A stretch of 64,000 nucleotides of DNA from an uncultured Lachnospiraceae bacterium (lineage in GTDB: Bacteria; Bacillota; Clostridia; Lachnospirales; Lachnospiraceae), in NCBI GenBank assembly GCA_910584205.1, contig CAJUAA010000013.1:7197-71196 (forward strand), read 5' to 3'. Below are positions 30,095 to 39,844 of the stretch, in pieces (within the stretch, counting starts at the first letter, position 1; each line of letters opens with the position of its first letter). Under the pieces are notes generated by a model that ran no database searches, was not told where the DNA came from, and saw nothing but the letters and a program-made list of their open reading frames with translations. The translations under genes and the position numbers were made by a program.

Positions 30095-30272
30095 CTCCAC
30101 CTTTCTGTTCGTACTCTGCAGGCTCTGAAACCTGCAGGAAACTGCTTTTATTTTACCTGGAAAAAGCGGAAATTTATATAGAGGTTTGTTCCTTTTCCTT
30201 TGAATTTGTTCGCAGATGTGCTAGAATTTTAAAGTAGAATAAGAAATTTTATGCGAAAGAGAGGACGACCCT

Positions 30273-31127
30273 GTGATCTCCAGCTTTGACCTGTCCAAAC
30301 TGAAGCTTTTACTGAAAGATTTTCATCACATGACCCGGATCCGCATCACCGTATTTGACGATTCCTTCCATGAACTTGCCGCGTATCCGGAACTACCCGC
30401 GCCCTTCTGCCAGATCATCCGCTCGGACCCGGAGGCCGCCGCCTGCTGCCACCGCTGCGACAAACGGGCGTGCGAGACCGCCGCAAAGCGCAGGACCCTC
30501 TATACCTACCGCTGCCATGCCGGGCTCACCGAAAGCATCACCCCGATCATCATCGGAAACATTCCCATCGGATACCTGCTGTTCGGACAGGTTTTTTCTT
30601 ATCCCTCCTATGAAGAGGGGTGGCGGCAGATTCAGGATCTGTGCCGGGGCTACCGGATTAACTTTGACGCACTGAACGCCGCCTGCCGGAAGCAGCCGGC
30701 CGTCACGGCAGACTACATCTCCTCCGCTTCCCATATCATGCAGGCCGTCGCTTCTTTTCTGTGCATGGAACGGATGGTGACGCTGCGCCGCCAGGAGCTC
30801 CCGGTGCAGATCGACGAATATATCCAGATGCATTTTACGGAGAAACTGGACGCTGCATCGCTGGCCGGGCAGTTCGGCATCGGCAGAACGCAGCTCTACA
30901 AGATCGCAAAGCAGAATTACGGCGTGGGGATCGCAGAGCATATCCGGAATCTCCGCATGGAAAAAGCCCGGAAGCTGCTGGCAGAGCAGTCTGGGCTTAC
31001 GCTCGTACAGATCGCGTCCGAATGCGGATTTGACGATTACAACTATTTCATTACGGTCTTTAAGCGGGTTGTGGGCATGCCCCCGAAGGCTTACGCCCGT
31101 TCCATGGGCCGCCCGGAAGAGAAATGA
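30273..31127 (+). CDS. AraC-family regulator with PocR sensory domain
   Basis: FCQIIR...C..CD...YRCHAGL.E...GYLLFGQ; C-terminal CGFDDYNYF..VFKR..G.PP. Confidence 0.9.
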   Translation: MISSFDLSKLKLLLKDFHHMTRIRITVFDDSFHELAAYPELPAPFCQIIRSDPEAAACCHRCDKRACETAAKRRTLYTYRCHAGLTESITPIIIGNIPIGYLLFGQVFSYPSYEEGWRQIQDLCRGYRINFDALNAACRKQPAVTADYISSASHIMQAVASFLCMERMVTLRRQELPVQIDEYIQMHFTEKLDAASLAGQFGIGRTQLYKIAKQNYGVGIAEHIRNLRMEKARKLLAEQSGLTLVQIASECGFDDYNYFITVFKRVVGMPPKAYARSMGRPEEK

Positions 31128-31139
31128 CCGCCGTCTCTC

Positions 31140-32885
31140 TTACCCCTCTGCACCCTGGCACCGTTCCACCGCAGCCCTGCACCGGTTTCTGAAACATGCG
31201 ATCCCGTACTGCAGAACGCTTTCCATCCCCTCTTCATAGAGCTTCTCCGTATATCCTTTCGTACGGATCTGCTCCAGCGCATTTTGGCATTCTGCCTCCA
31301 GCTCTCCCTGCTGCGCGTATTTTACCTCGATCACGATTCCGGTATTCTCTTCGTCAATCCGAATCTGGATATCGCTGTATCCGTCGCCGGACTGCCGGTC
31401 GGACCTTACGTACCAGCCGTCTTTGAATCCGAGGATTCCAAGTAAAATTCCATGATAAAAATTTTCCTTCGTATCCTTTCTTACAAACGTATCCCGGATA
31501 CTGACGGTCCTGCCCAGATAAGCGGAAAACTGCCGCTCCACACCGTCCGCGTCTCCGTTTTTCAGCGCTTCACAGAATGCCTGCAGCGCCTCCCCATCCC
31601 TTTTTACGTCCTCTTTAAACATGGTCATGATCTGTCTGGTGTAAATCTGCCGAATCTCCCGGTTGGGAATGGCCAGATGATAAAGGTCTCCCTCTACCTT
31701 TCCCCGCTGTGTCAGATATCCCGTGACAAAAAGCACGCTCCACAGATGGTCAATGGAATCGTACAGCCGGTTATAGGTCAGTTCCTGATGGATCTCCTTG
31801 ACTACCGTTTCCCCGGCGATCAGATTTTCCAGCTCTCCTTTGGTCATGCCTTTTCCCGTCTTCTCGATAAAACGCCGGATCACTTCGTTTCCGCTGGTAT
31901 TCGACCAGAAATTTTCCGGATCGGCATCTGGATCCGCACGAAGCTTACTGCAATAGCAGATCACATCCCATGGACAGTAAACCCTCTGGTCACCAAAACA
32001 GTATCCGTCATACCATTCTTTTACCGTATCATACCTGTCCAGGAGGCCGTAATATTCCAAAAGCGCCCGTACCTCTTCATCCGTAAAACCAAACTTCTCT
32101 GCAAAACGCGCATCTGTAATCGGAAAAATCTTCAGATTATTCAGCCCGGTAAAGATACTCTCCTTTGCCACCCGCAGACACCCGGTCATTACTGCGAACT
32201 GAAGGCTTCCATTTGTTTTTACAGCCTGTTCAAACATGTTGCGGATCACCATGACCATCTGCTCATAATATCCGTTTTCACTGGCCTTCGCCAGCGGCAC
32301 ATCATACTCGTCGATCAAGATGATGACTTTTTTTCCGTAATGCTTTTCCAGCAGAAACGACAGCGTCTTAAGGCTCCCGGTCAGCGCGGCGTCTGACATA
32401 ACAAAGCCCGTCCGTCCGGTCCGGTCAATGGTTACCAGCTGCTCATACTGCTGCTTCTCCCTGTCCGTCAGACAGTCGCTTTCCAGAAGATACTGAAAGC
32501 GCAAGGCCTCCATTCCGATTACCGAGCACAGAAGCTCTCTCGCCATGGCATAATCGCTTCCGTTCACGCTCTTCAGCGATACGGACACCACCGGAAACTT
32601 TCCCATATAAGTTTCACACAGTTCTGTTTCCTCCGCAATCTCCATGCCCTCAAACAGTTCTTTTCTATGGTTGTTTCCAACCTCAAAAAAGGTCTTCAGC
32701 ATATCCATATTCAGAGATTTTCCAAAACGTCTGGGACGGGTAAACAAATTGACCTTTCCCCAGTTCTCCAGAAGTTCCCGGATCATCCCCGTCTTATCCA
32801 CATAGTAAAAGCCCTCTGTCCGGATCTCTTCAAAGCTCTCAATCCCTATGGGCAGCTTCTTTTTTCCGGCGCTCCTTCTCTTCAT
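31140..32885 (-). CDS. AAA-ATPase-like protein with C-terminal PD-(D/E)XK nuclease (PDDEXK_9 family)
   Basis: LPIGI..F, YYVDKT, RPRRFGKS, LIDEYD, ENFYHG, GYSDI, IEVK and ALEQI motifs. Confidence 0.9.
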   Translation of the reverse strand: MKRRSAGKKKLPIGIESFEEIRTEGFYYVDKTGMIRELLENWGKVNLFTRPRRFGKSLNMDMLKTFFEVGNNHRKELFEGMEIAEETELCETYMGKFPVVSVSLKSVNGSDYAMARELLCSVIGMEALRFQYLLESDCLTDREKQQYEQLVTIDRTGRTGFVMSDAALTGSLKTLSFLLEKHYGKKVIILIDEYDVPLAKASENGYYEQMVMVIRNMFEQAVKTNGSLQFAVMTGCLRVAKESIFTGLNNLKIFPITDARFAEKFGFTDEEVRALLEYYGLLDRYDTVKEWYDGYCFGDQRVYCPWDVICYCSKLRADPDADPENFWSNTSGNEVIRRFIEKTGKGMTKGELENLIAGETVVKEIHQELTYNRLYDSIDHLWSVLFVTGYLTQRGKVEGDLYHLAIPNREIRQIYTRQIMTMFKEDVKRDGEALQAFCEALKNGDADGVERQFSAYLGRTVSIRDTFVRKDTKENFYHGILLGILGFKDGWYVRSDRQSGDGYSDIQIRIDEENTGIVIEVKYAQQGELEAECQNALEQIRTKGYTEKLYEEGMESVLQYGIACFRNRCRAAVERCQGAEG

Positions 32886-32965
32886 ACGGCGTCCACTTTC
32901 TGCTTCCTTATGGCTTATTCTCAGTATACCCCAAACGCCGCCGGGAATCAAATTGAAAAGTAACA

Positions 32966-33005
32966 TAAAATCGGAGCAGATCACCTCTTTGGAATCTGCT
33001 CCGAT
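32966..33005 (-). terminator. rho-independent terminator
   Basis: 12-bp stem ATCGGAGCAGAT/ATCTGCTCCGAT with a T-run on the minus strand, after the PTS gene. Confidence 0.75.
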
Positions 33006-33014
33006 CTATGTACT

Positions 33015-34952
33015 CTAACGGCCGGCCGTCAGAATCTTATCCAGTTGTTTTACTTCTCCGGTCTTCACCACTTCCACATGTTCCGGTTCGGAAACCAGTA
33101 CGGCCGTAGTCAGATCATAGCCTGCATCCTTAATGGCTTTCATATCGAATTCCAAAAGCTTCTCGCCGGCTTTCACTTTGTCGCCGGATTCTTTCAGGGC
33201 ACGGAAATGCTTTCCGTTCAGTTCTACCGTATTGACTCCCACATGGATCAGAAGCTCTACCCCGTCATCACTCAGAAGCCCGATGGCGTGTCTGGTGTCA
33301 AATACCATGGAAATCTCACCGTCAAACGGAGCGACTACCTCTCCTCTGGACGGAAGGATGCCAACCCCAACACCCACGGCGCCGGATGCAAAAGTCTCAT
33401 CCTTGATCTCCGTATGCGGAACCGCAGTTCCTTCCACCGGCGCATAGACGCAGCCCGGTTCTGTCTCGATGGTTTTCTCCGGTGCAGACGAAGCAGATGT
33501 TCCTTTCGCAGGAACAGGAGCCGTCTCCTTTTTCCCAATGGTCTTTCCAAGCATAATGGTCGCAGCAAACGCACATGCAATTGCGATCGCCATGGAGATC
33601 ATGAACTGCAGCATGCAGTCCGGACGGATACAGATTACGCCGATGACACCGCAGGGGCCCTGAGAAACGGACAGTACACCCACCAGAGTCGCATAAGCCG
33701 CTCCAATACCGCCGCCGATCAGCGCGCCGTAGAACGGAAATCTCAGCTTCAGATTGACACCGAAGATCGCCGGCTCCGTAATTCCAAGGAAGGAAGAGAT
33801 ACCGGATGCGGACGCCATGCTCTTCATTTTCTGATCATGCTTCATCAGGAACGTAACCGCCAGCGCAGCCGCGCCCTGCGCACAGTTTGCCGCCGCCACA
33901 ACCGCAAAGGTCGGGGAACCGCCCAGCGTTCCGATATTCGCAAGAATCTGCGTCTCCGCCGTCACCAGACTGTGGTGCATGCCCGTGATAACCAGAAGCG
34001 GATAGGTAACGCCGTAGATCAGACCTCCCACAGCGCCCAGATCAAAGAACAGCCACATGACGGCATTGGTCATCATGTCACCGACACCCCGCATAACCGG
34101 TCCGATGAACAGGAAAGTCAACGCCCCCGCAATCAGTACGGACAACAGCGGAGTCACAATATTGTCCAGCATGGCAGGCACCACTTTACGCAGCTTTTTC
34201 TCTACCACAGCCAGACAGAAGGCGGAAGCAATGACCGGAAGAACCGTTCCCTGATACCCCACCTTTGCCACTGAAAGCCCGAAGATATTCCAGTACGGAA
34301 CGGTTCCGTCCAGAAGCGCCTGGCCGTATCCGTATCCGTTCATCAGATCCGGATGAATCATGATGGCGCCAATGACCGCGCCCAGAATCGGCGTAGCCCC
34401 GAAAATTTTCGCTGCGGAAAAACCAATCAGCACCGGCAGAAACGTAAAGCCCGCATTGGAAAAGAGATTGACCATCTCCGCAAAATCCCTGATTGCCGGA
34501 AACGCCTCCACAAGCGACTGATCCGCGACGAACATACCCTGCGCCGTCAGAATATTGTTAATACCCATCAGAAGACCGGATGCAACCAGGGCCGGCAGGA
34601 TCGGTACGAATACATCTGCCAGAGTCTTCAAAAGCTTCTGGATCGGATTCTGCTTCTGAGCCGCAACTTTCTTCAGCTCTTCCTTGGTCATCTCCTGGAT
34701 GTTTGCCATCTGGATGAATTCGGCATAGACCTTGTTCACGATACCGGTTCCCAGAATGATCTGGAACTGTCCGCCGTTGTTAAAATTGCCTTTTACAAGG
34801 TCAATCTCTTCCAGCGCATCCTTGTTGATCAGCGACTCGTCCTTCAAGACCAGCCGTAGTCTTGTCGCACAGTGAGCCGCACTGGCAATGTTGTCTTTTC
34901 CGCCCATGCATTCCAGTATTTCTCTGGCTGCCTTTGCATATTTCTCTTCCAC
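33015..34952 (-). CDS. scrA: PTS sucrose/beta-glucoside-family EIIBCA
   Basis: HCATRLR (EIIB), GYQGTVLP, ITGMHH, LGITEPAIFGVNL (EIIC) and LIHVGVNTV (EIIA); near GH32 and LacI genes; GTG start after GGAGG. Confidence 0.85.
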   Translation of the reverse strand: MEEKYAKAAREILECMGGKDNIASAAHCATRLRLVLKDESLINKDALEEIDLVKGNFNNGGQFQIILGTGIVNKVYAEFIQMANIQEMTKEELKKVAAQKQNPIQKLLKTLADVFVPILPALVASGLLMGINNILTAQGMFVADQSLVEAFPAIRDFAEMVNLFSNAGFTFLPVLIGFSAAKIFGATPILGAVIGAIMIHPDLMNGYGYGQALLDGTVPYWNIFGLSVAKVGYQGTVLPVIASAFCLAVVEKKLRKVVPAMLDNIVTPLLSVLIAGALTFLFIGPVMRGVGDMMTNAVMWLFFDLGAVGGLIYGVTYPLLVITGMHHSLVTAETQILANIGTLGGSPTFAVVAAANCAQGAAALAVTFLMKHDQKMKSMASASGISSFLGITEPAIFGVNLKLRFPFYGALIGGGIGAAYATLVGVLSVSQGPCGVIGVICIRPDCMLQFMISMAIAIACAFAATIMLGKTIGKKETAPVPAKGTSASSAPEKTIETEPGCVYAPVEGTAVPHTEIKDETFASGAVGVGVGILPSRGEVVAPFDGEISMVFDTRHAIGLLSDDGVELLIHVGVNTVELNGKHFRALKESGDKVKAGEKLLEFDMKAIKDAGYDLTTAVLVSEPEHVEVVKTGEVKQLDKILTAGR

Positions 34953-35058
34953 TCTAACTCCTCCTGTCATCGTTCTGCATCCACGCGGCCAGCGCCCGCG
35001 CAGATGCTGTTTTTACCGTTCCGCATCCGCCCCGGCAGATGCTTTTCTCAGCGCAGTC

Positions 35059-35892
35059 TCAAACACGCACGTTCATGCCGTCATAGGCGGCGGTCAACCC
35101 GTGTTCTGCCGCGAAGCGCTCCAGTTCCTCATGCGTCATCTTTCCATTATGGGAAAAATGGTTGATGACTTTCACCGTATCCGGACGGATACAGCCCCGT
35201 TCCTCCATCCGCCTGACAACCGTCAGGACATCCGGCAGGCCCATATGGTATTCCTTTGCATGATGCTTTCCCATGGTAGCGTCCAGGGATATAAGATCAT
35301 AAGTACGCCCGAGGATGCAGTCCCATGCTTCCTGACTCAGGTTCATCCCCGTATCGTGCCCGTACAGAAGGCTTTTTCCGTCCTTCTCGATCACATAGAT
35401 CAAACAGGTCTCCCTCTTATCGTGATCCGCCGGAACCGGGATAATATGATAACCGTCCGCCATAAAATCGGCAAACGGCTCCAGCCTTACGAACCGGACC
35501 GCATCATCCAGAGGGTGCACTTTAAACCGGTCGATCAGCACCGCGTCGTAAAAAGCTTTCTCCGCCGCTTCGCTGCCGTATACCTGCAGGATTCCCTCTG
35601 CATAATGCCCGAAATGCTCATGCCGGTGGATCAGCTCCACGGGAAAGAAATGATCCATGTGGGAATGTGTGACCAGAAGATGCCGTATCTGTCCCAGCTG
35701 CAGGGAATACTTCAGTGCATGCATATAGGTATCCGGCGGAAGATCGATGAGAATCTTCCCGTCCACCAGTGCCTGCGTTCTGGTACGCAGCTCTTTTCCA
35801 CCGACTTCCCTGGCCCTTCTGCAGATCTCACAATTACAGAACAGCGCCGGCCAGCCTTCCGCCGATGCCGTTCCCAGATATTGTATCTCCAT
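35059..35892 (-). CDS. MBL-fold metallo-hydrolase (PhnP-like)
   Basis: LGTASAEG.P..FCNCEIC, THSHMDH, HDTG and NHFSH motifs. Confidence 0.85.
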   Translation of the reverse strand: MEIQYLGTASAEGWPALFCNCEICRRAREVGGKELRTRTQALVDGKILIDLPPDTYMHALKYSLQLGQIRHLLVTHSHMDHFFPVELIHRHEHFGHYAEGILQVYGSEAAEKAFYDAVLIDRFKVHPLDDAVRFVRLEPFADFMADGYHIIPVPADHDKRETCLIYVIEKDGKSLLYGHDTGMNLSQEAWDCILGRTYDLISLDATMGKHHAKEYHMGLPDVLTVVRRMEERGCIRPDTVKVINHFSHNGKMTHEELERFAAEHGLTAAYDGMNVRV

Positions 35893-35977
35893 AAACAATC
35901 TCCTTTCCTACTCCTGCATGAATTATGCCCGTCATATTTTCCGGATTCTGCAGGCAGCATATACTTCAAAGTTTGAA

Positions 35978-36103
35978 TAACTAGTTACGTAACTAGTTAA
36001 GTTACCGGTTACTTTATGATGTTATATTAACACCGATATGGATGGATGTCAACCGTATTTTTAAAAAAAGAGCAAAGAAAATTACCGGTTACTTAACTGG
36101 TTA
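35978..36103. promoter_or_regulatory. tandem LacI-type operators in the divergent promoter region
   Basis: TAACTAGTTA, TAACTAGTTA and TTACCGGTTA at 35978/35990/36002; TTACCGGTTA and TAACTGGTTA at 36082/36094. Confidence 0.75.
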
Positions 36104-36200
36104 TGACCCGGTTGATTTTTCCCTGCGTGCCTGCTATACTTTAAGGAAGAATGCGATCCGGTCTCCGGATACTGTATCCTGCTTTGGGAGGTAAATCCGA

Positions 36201-37226
36201 ATGGATAAAAAAAAGATCACGTTTGCAGATATCGCAAAATACACAAATTTTTCAAAAACCACGATCTCCCGGTACTTCAATGATCCGGATTCGCTGACTC
36301 TGGAGAATCAGGAGATCATTGCCCAGGCATTAATTGATCTGAATTACCAGGAGAACAAGCTGGCAAAGGTATTCGCCAACGGCAAGAGCGAGTTTGTCGG
36401 CGTCATCGTTCCGAACCTTTACATGCATTATTACGCGGAAATGCTGAACCAGATTTTAAATACCTATGAAAAATTCGGCTACAAATTCCTGGTCTTTGTG
36501 GGCAACCATAAAAAAGAGATTGAACGGCAGTATCTCCGTGAGCTGCTGGCATACAAGATCGAAGGCATGATCATCTTAAGCCACACGATCCCTTCCGAAG
36601 AACTCGCTTCCTATCAGATTCCCCTGGTCACCATCGAACGGGAAGACCGGTATGTGAACAGCGTCAACACGGACAACTACATGGGCGCCGTGCAGGGAAC
36701 CAGCCTGCTGCTCAAAAGCAAATGCGACGTGCTTCTGCACATCAACTCCCCGGTGGAAAAGGAGGTACCTTCTTACGGACGGATCCAGGGATTTCAGGAT
36801 ACCTGTATCGAACACGGAATCCGGCATGAAGTAATCATCCGGAAGCTTGGACATTCTTATGAAGAGATTCATGCATCCATGTCCGAAATCCATGATTATA
36901 TAAATCAAAAATACCCGGATCAGCGAAAAGGACTGTTTCTGGCAAATGATACGCTCGCCAACAGCATGCTGAACATTATCTTCCGGAAATACGGGCGGCT
37001 GCCGGAGGAATACCGCCTGATCGGTTTTGACGACTCTCCTGTGGCGGACCGCGCGATCCTTCCTATCAGCACCGTCGGCCAGCAGATCGACAAAATTGCC
37101 TTTGAAGCGATGGATCTTCTGGTATCTCTGATGAATGAGCGAAAAAAACGCCGCCCCATGCCCCAGACGGAACCGGTTCATAAAAACATCACGCCGGTGC
37201 TGATCCGGCGGGAAACGACCGACTGA
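36201..37226 (+). CDS. LacI-family transcriptional regulator (ScrR-like)
   Basis: TFADIAKYTNFSKTTISRYFN HTH; LIGFDD and ISTVGQ motifs. Confidence 0.92.
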   Translation: MDKKKITFADIAKYTNFSKTTISRYFNDPDSLTLENQEIIAQALIDLNYQENKLAKVFANGKSEFVGVIVPNLYMHYYAEMLNQILNTYEKFGYKFLVFVGNHKKEIERQYLRELLAYKIEGMIILSHTIPSEELASYQIPLVTIEREDRYVNSVNTDNYMGAVQGTSLLLKSKCDVLLHINSPVEKEVPSYGRIQGFQDTCIEHGIRHEVIIRKLGHSYEEIHASMSEIHDYINQKYPDQRKGLFLANDTLANSMLNIIFRKYGRLPEEYRLIGFDDSPVADRAILPISTVGQQIDKIAFEAMDLLVSLMNERKKRRPMPQTEPVHKNITPVLIRRETTD

Positions 37227-37262
37227 ACCGCATAAAAACCATTCTAAAAACCGAAAAATCTC

Positions 37263-37326
37263 TTGACAGATCCGTACAGGAATGATATTGTGTTCCACGT
37301 AAAGTAACCGGTCACTTTACCGGTTA
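37263..37326 (+). promoter_or_regulatory. sigmaA promoter followed by two LacI-type operators
   Basis: TTGACA-17 nt-TATTGT; TAACCGGTCA (37305) and TTACCGGTTA (37317). Confidence 0.75.
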
Positions 37327-37376
37327 TTAAAGATTTGCAGATGCATGCATAAAACGGCTGCTGAAAGGAGAGCACA

Positions 37377-38804
37377 ATGAATCTGTTTTTTACCCCGCAA
37401 AACGCCAAGGCAGGCGACGTCATCCCTTTCTTTAACGAAGCGACAAAAACTTTTGAAAACTATTACCTGAAACTCTGGAACCCCGGCGCCCCCGATGAGA
37501 AAGACAAGCTCCGGTGGCATCGGATCACTACGAAAGACCACTGTACATTTACCGAGACGCCCGTCAATATCCATGGAGGAACCGGCACAATCGTCCATTT
37601 TAACGGGATCTATCATATGTTTTACTGCACCTTTGACAAAGAACCCCCTGCACAGTGGGCAAGACATGCGGTGAGCCGGGATCTTATCGAATGGGAAGAT
37701 ATTCCGGAAGACAGGTTCGGTCCGGACGGCACCATCTACCGGATGTCCGACTGGCGGGATCCCTTTGTCTTCTGGAACGAGGAGGAGAAAAAATGGTGGA
37801 TGCTGCTGGCGGCCCGTGAAAACAGCGCAACCGAGCGGAACGGATGCGTTGCGCTGTGCGTTTCCGACGATCTTTCCAGATGGGAATACCGGCCGCCGCT
37901 GTATTCACCCAAAATGTATCCGGCCGCAAACGAATGCGTCGATCTGTTTCAAATGGGTGAATGGTACTATCTCATATACTCCAACTACTGCGACGGCTTC
38001 GGTACGTATTACCGGATGAGCAAAAGTCCGGCAGGCCCGTGGCTCCGCCCGGAAACAGATACCTTTGACGGAAGGGCGTTCTATGCAGGAAAGACAGTCA
38101 GCGACGGTATAAACCGCTATCTCTACGGCTGGAACCCGACCAGAGGAGAAAACAAATGGCATTTTGATCCCACAGAGGATTATGGAAAAGACTACACCTG
38201 CTGGAACTGGGGAGGCTCCATTGTAGTCCACAGGCTGGTGCAGCACGAAGACGGAACTCTGGGCGTATGCCCCACTGACACTCTGATCCATGCTTTCGGA
38301 ACAGGAGAAAAGACATCCTGGAAACCGCTGGACGGCATCTGGAAGATGAACGGCGACACTGCAGCATGCAGTTCGGATTCCGGCTATTCCTCCATCCTGT
38401 GCGGAAAACTGCCGCGCAGAGGCGTCGTACGTGCCAAAATAAAATACGAAGGCAGGCCCTCACGGTTTGGCATGGCCCTGCAGGTGGATGAAAAATTTGA
38501 CAGGGGCTATTATCTGATGTTCGAACCGGCTTATCAGCGGATCGAATTCCGGTCCGGTCTCCGAACATCGGAGCGCGGCGGACAGCTCTTCCCTTATGCG
38601 GCGGAAATGGAACGTCCCCTTCGTCTGGAACCCGGAAAAGAATACGGGCTGGAATTATATATGGAAGATACGATTGCTCTTCTTTATGTAAACCGCGACG
38701 TTGCTTTCGGCTTCCGCATGTATAATGAAAAAGAAAAAAACCTCGGATGGTTCATTTCAGATGGCAGCATTCAGATCAGTCATGTGGAGATTGCCGGTGA
38801 ATAA
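37377..38804 (+). CDS. glycoside hydrolase family 32 (beta-fructofuranosidase-like)
   Basis: GDVIPF, GTG, WRDPFV, ECVD and FYAGKT motifs. Confidence 0.85.
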   Translation: MNLFFTPQNAKAGDVIPFFNEATKTFENYYLKLWNPGAPDEKDKLRWHRITTKDHCTFTETPVNIHGGTGTIVHFNGIYHMFYCTFDKEPPAQWARHAVSRDLIEWEDIPEDRFGPDGTIYRMSDWRDPFVFWNEEEKKWWMLLAARENSATERNGCVALCVSDDLSRWEYRPPLYSPKMYPAANECVDLFQMGEWYYLIYSNYCDGFGTYYRMSKSPAGPWLRPETDTFDGRAFYAGKTVSDGINRYLYGWNPTRGENKWHFDPTEDYGKDYTCWNWGGSIVVHRLVQHEDGTLGVCPTDTLIHAFGTGEKTSWKPLDGIWKMNGDTAACSSDSGYSSILCGKLPRRGVVRAKIKYEGRPSRFGMALQVDEKFDRGYYLMFEPAYQRIEFRSGLRTSERGGQLFPYAAEMERPLRLEPGKEYGLELYMEDTIALLYVNRDVAFGFRMYNEKEKNLGWFISDGSIQISHVEIAGE

Positions 38805-38810
38805 ATATCA

Positions 38811-38852
38811 GAAGCAGCATGGGATATTCCTGTGCTGCTTCCTGGCTCTTTT
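38811..38852 (+). terminator. rho-independent terminator
   Basis: GAAGCAGCATGGGA-TAT-TCCTGTGCTGCTTC hairpin just after the GH32 stop. Confidence 0.6.
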
Positions 38853-38967
38853 CACGCTTTCCAGAACAGAAAGTCTGAAATTTCAGGCTTGAACTGCGGG
38901 ACATTTTCGGATATGATAAAAGGGATTTTTACTGTCAGATATATCATTCACCGGGAGGTACCTGAAG

Positions 38968-39771
38968 ATGGAAAAACTGATCGTTCTCGGCACGGGAAAC
39001 GCCCAGGCCGTCCACTGCTACAATACGTGCTTTGCCATGCAGAAAGGAGAAGAATACTTTCTCACCGACGCCGGCGGCGGAAACGGAATCCTGCTGGCTC
39101 TGGAAAAGCAGAACATCCCTCTGGAGAAGATCCATCACATTTTTGTCACCCATGCCCACAACGACCACATTCTCGGCATGGTCTGGATCGTCCGGATGAT
39201 CGCCACCAGCATGAATAAGGGAAACTATGAAGGCGATCTGCATATTTACTGCCACCGGGAGCTGGTAGATACCATCAAGATCCTCTCCTGCCTGACCATC
39301 GGGAAAAAATTCACGGCGCATTTTGACAACCGTATCCTGTTCCATGTGGTGGAAAGCGGCGACGAAAGAGAGATCCTGGGGGACCGCTTCACATTTTTTG
39401 ACATCGGTTCCACCAAGGCAAAGCAGTTCGGCTACCGGGTGCGGATGAACAACGGCGTGCAGCTCGCCTTTCCGGGCGACGAGCCTTACCATGAAGCGCT
39501 GCTGCCCTGGGTCGAAGGCGCCCAGTGGCTGCTCCACGAGGCGTTCTGCCTGTACGGCCAGCGCGAACGCTTCAAGCCCTACGAAAAGCACCACAGCACG
39601 GTCATGGATGCCTGCAGGCTGGCAGAGGAGCTGCACATCCCCAATCTGGTGCTCTGGCACACGGAGGACAAGGACCTGGCCCGCCGGAAGGATACCTACA
39701 CGGCGGAAGGGCTGGAATATTATCACGGCAGCCTGTATGTGCCCAATGACGGAGAGATTCTGTCGTTTTAA
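38968..39771 (+). CDS. MBL-fold hydrolase, RNase Z/BN-like
   Basis: LGTG, DAGGG, THAHNDHILG, GDE, HEAF, HST and LWH motifs. Confidence 0.82.
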   Translation: MEKLIVLGTGNAQAVHCYNTCFAMQKGEEYFLTDAGGGNGILLALEKQNIPLEKIHHIFVTHAHNDHILGMVWIVRMIATSMNKGNYEGDLHIYCHRELVDTIKILSCLTIGKKFTAHFDNRILFHVVESGDEREILGDRFTFFDIGSTKAKQFGYRVRMNNGVQLAFPGDEPYHEALLPWVEGAQWLLHEAFCLYGQRERFKPYEKHHSTVMDACRLAEELHIPNLVLWHTEDKDLARRKDTYTAEGLEYYHGSLYVPNDGEILSF

Positions 39772-39772
39772 A

Positions 39773-39804
39773 AACAGGGGCTTTTTAAAGCCCCTGTTCT
39801 TTTT
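39773..39804. terminator. bidirectional terminator
   Basis: AACAGGGGCTTT-TT-AAAGCCCCTGTT with flanking A/T runs, between convergent genes. Confidence 0.8.
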
Positions 39805-39844
39805 CTGATTTCTGCTGCTGCCATGTCCCATGGATCAGCTCTTT

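Noticed and set aside
31140..32885. AAA + PD-(D/E)XK gene as a novel defence system
   Set aside because: A common, often multi-copy family in gut anaerobes, with no partner genes here.
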